A stretch of 64,000 nt of DNA from an archaeon (GTDB lineage Archaea; Iainarchaeota; Iainarchaeia; Iainarchaeales; 1-14-0-10-31-34): contig JAJRVL010000004.1 in NCBI GenBank assembly GCA_024277355.1, positions 264,804-328,803 on the forward strand, read 5' to 3'. The notes below the pieces were generated by a model that worked only from the letters and a program-made list of their open reading frames with translations, had not been told where the DNA came from and ran no database searches. Shown piece by piece: positions 45,929-54,486 of the stretch. The translations under genes and the position numbers were made by a program. Each line of letters starts with the position of its first letter. Within the stretch, counting starts at the first letter, position 1.

Positions 45929-46783
45929 ATGCATATTCCTGATGGATTTTTATCAATTGAAATTTCACTTTTATTCTGGATAATTTCTTTTATTGTTGTT
46001 TCATTTTCTTTTAAAAAATTAAAAAAGAATTCAAAAAAAATTATTTTATTTGGTTTAGCAGGAGCAGTAATTTTTCTTGCACAAATGTTTAATTTTCCTG
46101 TTTTAGGAGGCACATCAGGACATTTAATTTTAGGAGGACTGCTTGCATTACTTTTAGGATTTGATTCAGCAGTAATCATAATGGCTTCAGTTTTGTTTAT
46201 TCAGTCAGCAGTATTCCATGACGGCGGAATTTTTTCATTAGGGGCAAATGTTTTCAATATGGCGATTATTTCTCCTTTTGCTGCAGTAAAAACAAAACAA
46301 TTAATAAAAAATAATTTTTCTGTTTTAATTGCAGGAATACTTTCAGTTTTAACTGCTGTATTTCTTGTTTCATTGCAGTTGTTTTTTTCAGGAACAACAG
46401 AATTAATGCCTGTATTAAATTCAATGCTTTTAGTTCATTTAGTAATTGGATTAATTGAAGGAATTTTTTCTTTTTGTGTTTATTATATTTTAATTAACAA
46501 AAATATTTCATTAAAAATTAATCCAAAAAAAATAATTCTTGCTTCAATAATTATTGGATTAATTATTGTGCCTTTTGCTTCTGCTCTGCCTGATGGATTA
46601 GAAAAAACAGCAGAAAAACTTGAATTTAATGAACTTGCATTAAATTCAATGACTCCAATAACAGTAATGGCAGACTATTTGTTTCCAGGAATAGAAAATG
46701 AATTAATTGCAGTTTCTTTAGCCGGCTTTTTTGGTTCAGTAATAGTTTTTTCATTAATTTTTATTTTAATGAAACCAAAATGA
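45929..46783 (+). CDS. cbiM: ECF/cobalt transporter substrate component CbiM with C-terminal PDGLE domain
   Basis: The invariant N-terminus MHIPDGFL. 6-7 TM. C-terminal ALPDGLEKTAEKLEF (PDGLE motif). Confidence 0.8.
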   Translation: MHIPDGFLSIEISLLFWIISFIVVSFSFKKLKKNSKKIILFGLAGAVIFLAQMFNFPVLGGTSGHLILGGLLALLLGFDSAVIIMASVLFIQSAVFHDGGIFSLGANVFNMAIISPFAAVKTKQLIKNNFSVLIAGILSVLTAVFLVSLQLFFSGTTELMPVLNSMLLVHLVIGLIEGIFSFCVYYILINKNISLKINPKKIILASIIIGLIIVPFASALPDGLEKTAEKLEFNELALNSMTPITVMADYLFPGIENELIAVSLAGFFGSVIVFSLIFILMKPK

Positions 46784-47574
46784 TTTTTTATATGCAAAAA
46801 AACAAAACAATACTACTCTTATTTCTTTTAATTTTTTTATCTGCATGCATACAAAATAATAATTCATTTAACTGCGAAAACGGAAAAACTTATTTTGTTT
46901 CAAGAATAATAGATGGAGATACAATTGAAGCAGAAAACAAAAAAATAAGATTAAATGGAATTAATACTCCTGAAAAAAAAGAAGCCTGTTTTAATAAAGC
47001 AAAAGAATTCTTAGAAAAAGAAATTTTAGAAAAAAAAGTTTTAATTAAAGAAAAAGGAACAGACAAATACGGAAGAATTATAGGAAGTGTTTGTGTTAAC
47101 GGAAAATCAGTAAACAAAGAATTAATTAAACAAGGCTTAGCCCATTATGCTTTTACTGAATCAGAAGAATTAAAAAAAATACAGGAAAAAGCAATAAAAG
47201 AAAACAAAGGATGCTTATGGAAAAAAGGAACAGACAAATACATTCAGGAAAAATGCATTAAATTAAAAAAACTTGAATTTAATCAGAAAAACTTTAACGG
47301 AGAGTTTGTTGAATTTTCAAATGACTGCAATTATTCAATTGACTTAAATGGATTTTATTTAAAAGATGAAGCAACACACTTGTATTTTTTTCCTGCAATA
47401 GAACTGAAAGGAAAATCTTTTGTAAGAGTTTTCTCTGAAAAAGGAATTAATTCAGGAAACGAATTATATTGGGGAAAAGGAAACATCTGGAATAATGATT
47501 CAGACCAGTTATTTTTAAGAAATGAAAAAGGATTTTTAATTGTTTATTTTGAATACAACAATACTTTAAATTAA
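46780..47574 (+). CDS. secreted lipoprotein nuclease: staphylococcal-nuclease (SNase) domain fused to a C-terminal lamin-tail-like domain
   Basis: Lipobox FLSAC. SNase blocks VSRIIDGDTIE...RLNGINTPE...DKYGRIIGSV...GKSVNKELIKQGLA. C-terminal roughly 100-aa beta-domain FVEFSNDCNYSIDLNGFYLKDE...FFP...SFVRVFSEKG matches lamin-tail domain patterns. Confidence 0.65.
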   Translation: MIFYMQKNKTILLLFLLIFLSACIQNNNSFNCENGKTYFVSRIIDGDTIEAENKKIRLNGINTPEKKEACFNKAKEFLEKEILEKKVLIKEKGTDKYGRIIGSVCVNGKSVNKELIKQGLAHYAFTESEELKKIQEKAIKENKGCLWKKGTDKYIQEKCIKLKKLEFNQKNFNGEFVEFSNDCNYSIDLNGFYLKDEATHLYFFPAIELKGKSFVRVFSEKGINSGNELYWGKGNIWNNDSDQLFLRNEKGFLIVYFEYNNTLN

Positions 47575-47595
47575 ATTTCCTTTACTATTTTAATA

Positions 47596-48339
47596 ATGCA
47601 GTTAATTTATATTTTTGGAAGCGTTATATTAGTAAGTTTAATTTCTTTAATTGGAGTATTTACTTTAGGATTAAATAAAGAATTCTTAAGCAAAATACTG
47701 CTTTATTTAGTTAGTTTTTCTGCAGGTTCATTATTTGGAGGAACATTTATTCACTTACTTCCTGAAGCAGTGGAAGAATATGGTTTTGGAACAGAAATAT
47801 CAGTTTTTCTTTTATCCGGAATAGTTGTATTTTTTGTTATAGAAAAAACAATTCACTGGCACCACTGCCACGGCTATCCTTCTGGAAAATGCGAACACAA
47901 AAGTTTTACTTATATGAATTTAATTGGAGATGGAATACACAACTTTATTGACGGAATGGTAATAGCAGGAAGTTATCTGGCAAACACAACACTAGGAATA
48001 ACAACAACAATAGCAGTACTATTGCACGAAATCCCTCAGGAAATAGGCGATTATGCAGTATTAATTCACGGAGGATTCAGCAAAAAAAAAGCATTATTAA
48101 TGAATTTTCTTTCAGCTTTAACTTCAATACTTGGAGCAGCAACAATAATATTTATTTCAACAACAACAGAAAACATTCTGGCAATACTTCTTCCATTTAC
48201 TGCAGGAAGCTTTATTTACATTGCAGGCTCAGATTTAATTCCAGAATTACACAAAGAATATGAATTAAAAAAATCAATCGGATTATTAATTTCATTTATT
48301 GCAGGAATAACAATAATGTTTTTGCTGACTTTTATATAA
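47596..48339 (+). CDS. ZIP-family metal cation transporter (ZupT-like)
   Basis: HEIPQEIGDYAVL signature (HExPxExGD), a His-rich loop HWHHCHGYPSGKCEH and 8 TM. Confidence 0.75.
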   Translation: MQLIYIFGSVILVSLISLIGVFTLGLNKEFLSKILLYLVSFSAGSLFGGTFIHLLPEAVEEYGFGTEISVFLLSGIVVFFVIEKTIHWHHCHGYPSGKCEHKSFTYMNLIGDGIHNFIDGMVIAGSYLANTTLGITTTIAVLLHEIPQEIGDYAVLIHGGFSKKKALLMNFLSALTSILGAATIIFISTTTENILAILLPFTAGSFIYIAGSDLIPELHKEYELKKSIGLLISFIAGITIMFLLTFI

Positions 48340-48360
48340 TAAAAAGGTTTAAAAAGACTA

Positions 48361-48630
48361 TTGTACATTTGTACACTTATGCAAGTGTTTAAATCTCTTT
48401 CATGCGATTCAAAAGTAAAAATCCTTGAACTTTTGTTAAAAGACAATCACGACTGCAGTAATTCCCTTTCAAAAAAAATTAAGTTGGATCCTTCAACTGT
48501 TTCTAGACATTTAAAGGAATTAACTAATGCAGGATTAATTAAAATGCAGAAAAAAGGAAAAAGCATTGAATGTGTTGTCTTAAACAAAAAAAAAGTTTCA
48601 TTGCTTTTAAAGACTGCAAGAGAGATATAA
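48361..48630 (+). CDS. ArsR/SmtB-family metalloregulatory wHTH repressor
   Basis: 89 aa. KILELLLKDNHDCSNSLSKKIKLDPSTVSRHLKELTNAGLI has a Cys pair in helix 3 and the STVSxHLxxLxxAGL recognition helix. Confidence 0.6.
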   Translation: MYICTLMQVFKSLSCDSKVKILELLLKDNHDCSNSLSKKIKLDPSTVSRHLKELTNAGLIKMQKKGKSIECVVLNKKKVSLLLKTAREI

Positions 48631-48633
48631 ATA

Positions 48634-48885
48634 ATGCAAAATGAGGCAAATAAAATGAGTGTAATAATTTATTCAACACAAACATGCCCTTATTGTAACA
48701 TGGCTAAAGCTTACTTTAAGGAAAAAGGAGTCGAATTCACAGAATACGACGTAGGACAAGACCAAGAAAAAGCAAAAGAAATGATTGAAAAATCAGGACA
48801 GCAAGGTGTACCAGTAATTGACATTAACGGAACAATCATCACAGGCTTTGATAAAACAAAAATTGATGAAGCATTAGGGCAATAA
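48634..48885 (+). CDS. glutaredoxin
   Basis: CPYC active site in IIYSTQTCPYCNMAKAYF. Thioredoxin fold. C-terminal GVPVIDINGTII. The true start may be the internal Met at 48655. Confidence 0.75.
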   Translation: MQNEANKMSVIIYSTQTCPYCNMAKAYFKEKGVEFTEYDVGQDQEKAKEMIEKSGQQGVPVIDINGTIITGFDKTKIDEALGQ

Positions 48886-48949
48886 AAAGCCTTAATTCTT
48901 ATTCTTTTTTAAACATTTTCTGAAACTTTTCTTTAATACAAAAAATGTT

Positions 48950-48962
48950 TTGTTTATTTATG
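48950..48962 (+). promoter_or_regulatory. candidate TATA box (TTTATTTA) about 20-27 nt upstream of the tRNA-Asp 5' end
   Basis: Position and A/T composition fit an archaeal TATA at about -26. Weak evidence in an AT-rich genome. Confidence 0.25.
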
Positions 48963-48979
48963 CATTCAAAACAGTTTTT

Positions 48980-49179
48980 GCCCTGGTCGTCTAGTGGTTA
49001 GGATACAGCCCTGTCAATCCACCCTTTCTTTTTAGAAAAAAGAAAGTGTAAGTTGCCTAAAAAAAACTTGTTTGAAATAAAACGGTTTTTTCTTTTTGGA
49101 CAACTTGTACTTTTTCTTTTTTCCAAAAAAGAAAAAGGACAGAAAGGCTGTGACTCGGGTTCAAGTCCCGGCCAGGGCG
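48980..49179 (+). tRNA. tRNA-Asp (anticodon GUC) with a ~128-nt intron (about 49018..49145)
   Basis: Exon 1 is GCCCTGGTCGTCTAGTGGTTAGGATACAGCCCTGTCAA and exon 2 is GGCTGTGACTCGGGTTCAAGTCCCGGCCAGGGCG. The anticodon stem CAGCC/GGCTG re-forms after intron removal. Confidence 0.8.
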
Positions 49180-49186
49180 TAAAACT

Positions 49187-49320
49187 TTTAAAAAAAAGTT
49201 TTATCAAAACAACTGTTTCGGCAGTTGAGTGCGATATGCTATCTTACGATAGCAGTGCTTGGAATTCGCGGTTGCGTCCGCGAGCAACGCGTGCTATCTA
49301 AAGATAGCACTGCAATAAAC
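49187..49320. repeat. structured GC-rich element, family A copy 2, immediately 3' of tRNA-Asp
   Basis: AAACTTTTAAAAAAAAGTTTTATCAAAACAACTGTTTCGGCAGTTGAGTGCGAT is shared with 27111-27165. It is followed by the hairpins GCTATC-TTAC-GATAGC, CGCGGTTGCG..CGCGAGCAACGCG and GTGCTATC-TAAA-GATAGCAC, then TGCAATAAAC (cf. TGCAATGAAC in copy 1). Confidence 0.6.
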
Positions 49321-49424
49321 TCTCACTATTTAGACAAAAAATCACGCCAACAATAAATTAATAAAAAGTTTATATGCGAATATTATGTTCATTCTGATTT
49401 TACAGAATTGACTAAGGGATTAAA

Positions 49425-50666
49425 ATGCAGTTTTTAGATGAATTCAAAAAAGGTTTAATGTGGGGCATGCTTACAAGTGTAGACTTGTTTGAATGTAATC
49501 CAAAAAAAATTCGTTCAAAACAAGACATTAAAGAATATGTTAAACAATTATGCAAAAAAATTGACATGAAAACTTTTGGAGAAACAATTGTAGTAAGATT
49601 TGGTAAAGACAAAAGAGTTCAAGGTTACTCAATGACGCAATTAATTGAAACTTCTTTAATCAGCGGTCATTTTGCTGAAAACACTAATTCAGCTTACTTG
49701 GATATTTTCAGCTGTAAATATTATAATGCAGAAGAAGTAGAAGATTTCTCTAAAAAATTTTTTGAAGCAAAAAAATCAGAGTCAAATATTACTTTCAGAA
49801 AAATGCCTGAAGCAGCAAAAAATAAATTACTTGACATTCCTAATTCAAAAAACTGGTTTTTTGAATCAATTGAATTTAATCAGGGAAGAGCTTTAGCATT
49901 AAAAGCCAAACAATTATATTCAACTCAAAGTTCTTTTCAAAAAATAGAAGTATATAATACTAATTCTTTTGGAAAAATGCTTGTATTAGACGGAGCAATA
50001 CAATTAACTCAAGCAGATGAATTTGCTTATCACGAAATGATAGTGCACCCTGCATTAAATACTCATCCTAAAACAGAAAAAGTTTTAATTATTGGCGGAG
50101 CAGACGGCGGAACAGCAAGAGAAACAGCAAAACACAAAACAATAAAAGAAATTCATTTATGTGATTTAGATAAAAAAGTTGTTTTAACATCAAAAAAATT
50201 CCTGCCTTTTACTGCAGCAGGATTAAAAGATAAAAGATTAAGTGTTTTTCATAAAGATGGATTTAAGTTTTTAAAAGAAAAAGAAAATTATTATGATGTA
50301 ATAATAATTGATTCAACTGATCCAATTGGAGTCGGAAAAATATTATTTAGTTCAAAGTTTTTTAAACTTGTATTTAATTCATTAAAAAAAGACGGAATAA
50401 TGGTTAATCAATTTCAAAGCATGTTTTATGAAAAAAAATTAATTAAAGAAATAACAAAAACAATAAAGAAAATTTTCCCTAAATTCTGGTATTATTATAC
50501 TTTAGTTCCTTCATATCCTTCTGGAACAATAGGTTTTGGTTTTGCAAGCAAAAAACATTCTCCTTTAAATCCAAAAAATAAAAACATTAAGGACTTGAAG
50601 TATTATAATTTAGAAATCCATAAAGCAAGTTTTGTTTTGCCTAAATTTATGGAAAAAATAGTTTAA
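49425..50666 (+). CDS. speE: fusion protein: S-adenosylmethionine decarboxylase proenzyme (SpeH/SpeD-like, pyruvoyl-dependent) fused to spermidine synthase (SpeE)
   Basis: N-terminal ~120 aa has the small AdoMetDC pattern (..LIETSLISGHFAENTNSAYLDIFSCKYY; cf. ESHISIHTWPE...DVFTCG). The C-terminal domain has FQKIEVY, VLDGAIQLTQADEFAYHEM, IIGGADGG and IIIDSTDPIGVG of aminopropyltransferases. Confidence 0.7.
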   Translation: MQFLDEFKKGLMWGMLTSVDLFECNPKKIRSKQDIKEYVKQLCKKIDMKTFGETIVVRFGKDKRVQGYSMTQLIETSLISGHFAENTNSAYLDIFSCKYYNAEEVEDFSKKFFEAKKSESNITFRKMPEAAKNKLLDIPNSKNWFFESIEFNQGRALALKAKQLYSTQSSFQKIEVYNTNSFGKMLVLDGAIQLTQADEFAYHEMIVHPALNTHPKTEKVLIIGGADGGTARETAKHKTIKEIHLCDLDKKVVLTSKKFLPFTAAGLKDKRLSVFHKDGFKFLKEKENYYDVIIIDSTDPIGVGKILFSSKFFKLVFNSLKKDGIMVNQFQSMFYEKKLIKEITKTIKKIFPKFWYYYTLVPSYPSGTIGFGFASKKHSPLNPKNKNIKDLKYYNLEIHKASFVLPKFMEKIV

Positions 50667-51787
50667 TATAATTTCATTGAAGAATCAAGCCAACCTGAAT
50701 GGTTGTCTGCTTTTCTTCTAAAAATAGTTCCTAATAATTCAGGGTTTCTTGCCTGATGCTGTTTAAAATAAATATAACCTTTAGACAACCCTAAAATTTC
50801 AATTTTTCCTCTTTTATGAGACATCATATACTTGAATCTTTTGCTGTGTCCATTCATTTTCTTTTTTGCTTCTTCAACTATTTTACATCCTTCAGCAATA
50901 GATAATTCAAATTCATGTTTTACTCTTTTAACCGGACGGCATTGGAAAACATAATAAGGATTTACTCCAACTGAAACAAGTTTATTCATTAATTCTGCTA
51001 AAACATCAGGATTATCATTTACTCCTTTAAGCAGTACAGTCTGATTATTTACAATTACTTTTGATCCAAGCAATGCATCAATTGCCTGAATTGATTTAGA
51101 AGTTAATTCTCTTGGATGATTAAAATGAGTTACAATATAAAGTCTTTTTCTTTTGAATGAATGTTTTGAAAATAATTTCAGTAAATTTTTATCCTGACTT
51201 ATTCTGTCAGGAAAAACCACTGGAACTCTGCTTCCAATTCTAATAAAATCTAAATGATCTATATCTGCAAGCCCATCTAAAAATTGCTTTAAAACTTTTG
51301 TCGGCAAAGTTAAAGGATCTCCACCTGAAATTAAAACATTATTAATTTCATTGTGTTTTTCAATGTAATTTATTGCTTCATCAAATCTCTTTAACACTTC
51401 TGAATCAGACAACCCAACTAATCTTTTCCTGAAACAAAAACGACAGTAAGCAGCACACCTGTTAGTTGAAAGCATTAAAGCAGTCTGAGAATATTTATGC
51501 TGTAATCCTACGCTTTTAGTATTTTCTTTTTCTCCGCTTGTATCATAAGTTCCTAAAGGATTTAATTCTTCTTTTGAAGGAACAACAAGTCTTCTAATTG
51601 GATCTTTTTTGTCTTCTTTGTTAATTAAAGATAAATAATATTTAGTTATACTCATTGGATGCATTTCAATTGCTTTTTTTATTGCTTTTTCTTCCATTGG
51701 AGTTAAATGAATATATTTTTTTAATTCAGAAACAGTAGTAATATTTTCTTTTAATTTATTTCTCCAATACATTAAACAAAACTCCAA
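50663..51787 (-). CDS. KamA-family radical SAM protein (lysine 2,3-aminomutase-like)
   Basis: CAAYCRFCFR radical-SAM cluster motif in the KamA arrangement. 374 aa. Confidence 0.75.
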   Translation of the reverse strand: MEFCLMYWRNKLKENITTVSELKKYIHLTPMEEKAIKKAIEMHPMSITKYYLSLINKEDKKDPIRRLVVPSKEELNPLGTYDTSGEKENTKSVGLQHKYSQTALMLSTNRCAAYCRFCFRKRLVGLSDSEVLKRFDEAINYIEKHNEINNVLISGGDPLTLPTKVLKQFLDGLADIDHLDFIRIGSRVPVVFPDRISQDKNLLKLFSKHSFKRKRLYIVTHFNHPRELTSKSIQAIDALLGSKVIVNNQTVLLKGVNDNPDVLAELMNKLVSVGVNPYYVFQCRPVKRVKHEFELSIAEGCKIVEEAKKKMNGHSKRFKYMMSHKRGKIEILGLSKGYIYFKQHQARNPELLGTIFRRKADNHSGWLDSSMKLY

Positions 51788-51860
51788 TACTTAAAATTAA
51801 AAATAAAAACTCACTTAAGGGTTACTATTAGTATAAAAAAAATAAAAAAAGATTAATTAA

Positions 51861-52469
51861 TTATTTTTCTTCTTTTTTTTCGGTTTTCTTTGATTTTTCT
51901 TTAGTTTCTTTTTCTTTTTTTTCTTCTTTGATTTCTTTTTTTGTTTCTGTTTTAGTTTCTTTTGCTGATTCAACTGGTTTTGTTTTTGAGTTTTCTTCTG
52001 TTTTTTTTGATTCATGTTTCTTTTCAGTTTTATTATGTTTTCTTTTTTGTTTTTTTGGTTTTGATTCAGTAAACTCAACTAAAACTGCATTAATTGTTCC
52101 ATGCTGTCCTGGTCTTGAAACAACTTTAGCGTGCTTTTTTCCGTTTAATTCAACTTCAATTATTGCACCTTTAGTAATAATATTTCTTCTTGCATACTGC
52201 CTGTTAGCATTATTTTCAGCAATTGTAAGAATTTTTGCTTTAGAAGTTTTTTTTGTTGAAAGGTCAGTTATATTTGCATGAATTGCATATCTAACCTGCC
52301 TTTTTGCAGTACTTCCTCTTCCATTTACTTCAACTCTTTCTTCTTTTTCTGATAATCTTGTCTGTGAAAAAAGATTTCCTTTCCAAGCTAATTTTTTTGT
52401 ACTTCTTCTGGAAGTTCTTCTTCTTCCTCCGCTGACTTTTCTGTCAGACTTCATATGCCATTGAACCAT
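51861..52469 (-). CDS. rps8e: ribosomal protein S8e with a long Lys/Glu-rich C-terminal extension
   Basis: N-terminus MVQWHMKSDRKVSGGRRRTSRRSTKK is typical of S8e. The last ~75 residues are low-complexity KE/KT-rich. Confidence 0.75.
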   Translation of the reverse strand: MVQWHMKSDRKVSGGRRRTSRRSTKKLAWKGNLFSQTRLSEKEERVEVNGRGSTAKRQVRYAIHANITDLSTKKTSKAKILTIAENNANRQYARRNIITKGAIIEVELNGKKHAKVVSRPGQHGTINAVLVEFTESKPKKQKRKHNKTEKKHESKKTEENSKTKPVESAKETKTETKKEIKEEKKEKETKEKSKKTEKKEEK

Positions 52470-52550
52470 TTTTTTACACCTATAATAATTTTAACAGCCC
52501 TTTAAACAGGGCAGTATTTTTAAAGCTTTAAATCCATATAATTTACTGCC

Positions 52551-53051
52551 ATGATCTACAAAAAAAATAAACTTTTTTGTTCAATAAAAACAGGCAAAGT
52601 AAAAATAAATTCTATTGCTAAAAGTATAAAAAGTATTATGTTAAAGGAAAAAAGCCTTTTTGTGCTGTTTAACCTTAATTCTACTCCTTCAATAAGCCAT
52701 ATTATTTTCTGCATTAATTCAATTCCTGAAAAATTCACTGCAATAGACTTTTTAATTAAATTAACAGGAGAAAAACAACTTTCTTTAATTAGAAAAAAAA
52801 CTGAATTAAACAAAACTAAAAATGCTTGTTTAATTGTATTTGAATCAAATAAAATTAAAGCTAAAAAAATTTCTGAAAAAATAAGCAAAGAAATTGGATT
52901 AAAAGAAAACAAAGAAATTTCATCTGAAAAAAGACTTAAAGAATTAATTAAAAAAGAAAAATTAAATAAAAAAATACTTAATGGATTTGGCGAAGACTTT
53001 TATTCTTCTGTGAACAATTTTTTTATTGAAAAAAGTGCTGTGGTTAAATGA
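52551..53051 (+). CDS. hypothetical protein
   Basis: 166-aa ORF. ATGA overlap with the downstream oligosaccharyltransferase-like gene suggests co-transcription. Confidence 0.4.
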   Translation: MIYKKNKLFCSIKTGKVKINSIAKSIKSIMLKEKSLFVLFNLNSTPSISHIIFCINSIPEKFTAIDFLIKLTGEKQLSLIRKKTELNKTKNACLIVFESNKIKAKKISEKISKEIGLKENKEISSEKRLKELIKKEKLNKKILNGFGEDFYSSVNNFFIEKSAVVK

Positions 53052-54478
53052 AAAAAGTTTCTGCCGAAGGCAATTTTGATAAAACTTTGAAAAAAGTTTT
53101 TGTTGTTTTATTGTTAATTGTTTTTCTTGGTTTTTTGTTAAGAGTTCCGGATTTTGTTTTTGATTCTTTTGGAGAACCAGATAACTATTTTCATTTAAGA
53201 ATGATAAAAAAAGTAGTTGAAGAAAAAAGTGTTCCTGAATTTGATGAATTGTCAATGCAAGGCAGATATTATTCTTATGCGCCTTTATACCATGTAATTT
53301 TTGCGGAATTATATTTGTTTTCAGAATTAGATTTTGAGTTTTTGCTTCATTTGTTTCCAATATTATACGGTTTAATGGGAATTTTTTTAGTTTTTGTTTT
53401 TGCAAGAAAAATTTTTAATGAAAAAATAGGATTATATTCAGCGTTTTTTTTGTCTACAATGATGTATCATATGATTAGAACTTCAGGTAATTCAAGACCT
53501 GACGGATTAGCCTTGCTTTTAATTCCTGCAGTACTTTATTTAATTTACACTAAAAAATACAAAATAGCTTTTTTGCTTGGAATTACACAAATGATACTGC
53601 ATCCGCTTTCTTCATTTAATTTAATTCTTTTTTTATTAGTGTGGATTGTAATTGCTAAAACTAAAAAAATAGAAATTGCAGTAAAAAAAATTTTATTAAT
53701 AATTGAAGGCATGCTTTTAGTTTTTCTTTTATGGCTTAATTCTCTGCCTTATCATTATTCAGAGTATGTTTCAAAAGTTTCATTTGAATCAAGTGAAATG
53801 GCTAAATCAACTTTATTTACCCAATTAACTTTAATGCTTTATTCATGGGTTTTTATTTTAATTGCATTATTCAAAACAGAAAAAAAGAATTATTTTTTGA
53901 TTGTGTGGTTTATGTTTGAATTATTTTACGGAGTGTTTGGAACAAGATTAGGAATTTTTGTTTCTTTTCCTGCAGCAATCCTTGCAGGGCAAGGTTTTTC
54001 AATTATAATAGAAAAAGTAAAACCTTATGCAAAGATTTTTTTTGTTTTAATTTTATTTATGGGTTTAATGATTTATATTCCAAATGTACAGTTTCCTGGA
54101 AAAAGTTTAAGTTCCACAGAAAAAAATGCAATGAAATGGTTAAACGAATTCACAGAAAAAGACATTAATATTCTTTCTTCCTGGGACAGAGGACATCCTT
54201 TAGCTGAAATAACAAAAAGAAAAGTAGTAATTGACGGTTACTTTGAGTTTGCACCTCAATTAAATGAAAGAAATAATTCCATAAAAGAAATCAGTTCAAC
54301 TTCAGATTGTAATAAAATTAAAACTGAAGCAGAAAAATTTAATTCAAATTACTTTTTTGTTTTTAATACAGCAATAAAATCAAAAACATACAAAAATGGT
54401 TTGCTTGAAGCAGAATGCGATTTTATGAATTATATTTTTGACAGTGATTCATCTAAAATAATTCAATTTACTAATTAA
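53048..54478 (+). CDS. STT3/AglB-family oligosaccharyltransferase-like membrane protein (short form)
   Basis: About 13 TM. The first external loop FGEPDNYFHLRMIKKVVEE resembles the AglB/STT3 DxD...YYHxR region. The C-terminal SSWDRGHPL resembles the WWDYG motif. 476 aa. Confidence 0.5.
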   Translation: MKKVSAEGNFDKTLKKVFVVLLLIVFLGFLLRVPDFVFDSFGEPDNYFHLRMIKKVVEEKSVPEFDELSMQGRYYSYAPLYHVIFAELYLFSELDFEFLLHLFPILYGLMGIFLVFVFARKIFNEKIGLYSAFFLSTMMYHMIRTSGNSRPDGLALLLIPAVLYLIYTKKYKIAFLLGITQMILHPLSSFNLILFLLVWIVIAKTKKIEIAVKKILLIIEGMLLVFLLWLNSLPYHYSEYVSKVSFESSEMAKSTLFTQLTLMLYSWVFILIALFKTEKKNYFLIVWFMFELFYGVFGTRLGIFVSFPAAILAGQGFSIIIEKVKPYAKIFFVLILFMGLMIYIPNVQFPGKSLSSTEKNAMKWLNEFTEKDINILSSWDRGHPLAEITKRKVVIDGYFEFAPQLNERNNSIKEISSTSDCNKIKTEAEKFNSNYFFVFNTAIKSKTYKNGLLEAECDFMNYIFDSDSSKIIQFTN

Positions 54479-54486
54479 GTGATTTA

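Noticed and set aside
48998-49301. ORFs 48998..49207 (-) and 49053..49301 (+)
   Set aside because: They overlap tRNA-Asp, its intron and the family A element. The GC-rich hairpins explain the apparent open frames.
27111-49320. The 27.1 kb and 49.2 kb family A copies as attachment sites bounding a ~22 kb integrated element
   Set aside because: The intervening genes are core housekeeping (glyS, fibrillarin/Nop5, MIPS, Nmd3, ispG, cbiM and others). There is no integrase and no compositional shift, so an island bounded by att repeats is unlikely.
51857-52281. ORFs 51857..52078 (-) and 51928..52281 (+) encoding poly-Lys or poly-Phe strings
   Set aside because: They are alternative frames of the Lys/Glu-rich low-complexity tail of the S8e gene. 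They are compositional artefacts.
52556-53405. Minus-strand ORFs 52556..52912 and 52962..53405
   Set aside because: They are antisense to the 52551..53051 plus gene and to the AglB-like gene. The plus genes are translationally coupled (ATGA overlap) and the AglB-like protein has clear TM and motif structure.
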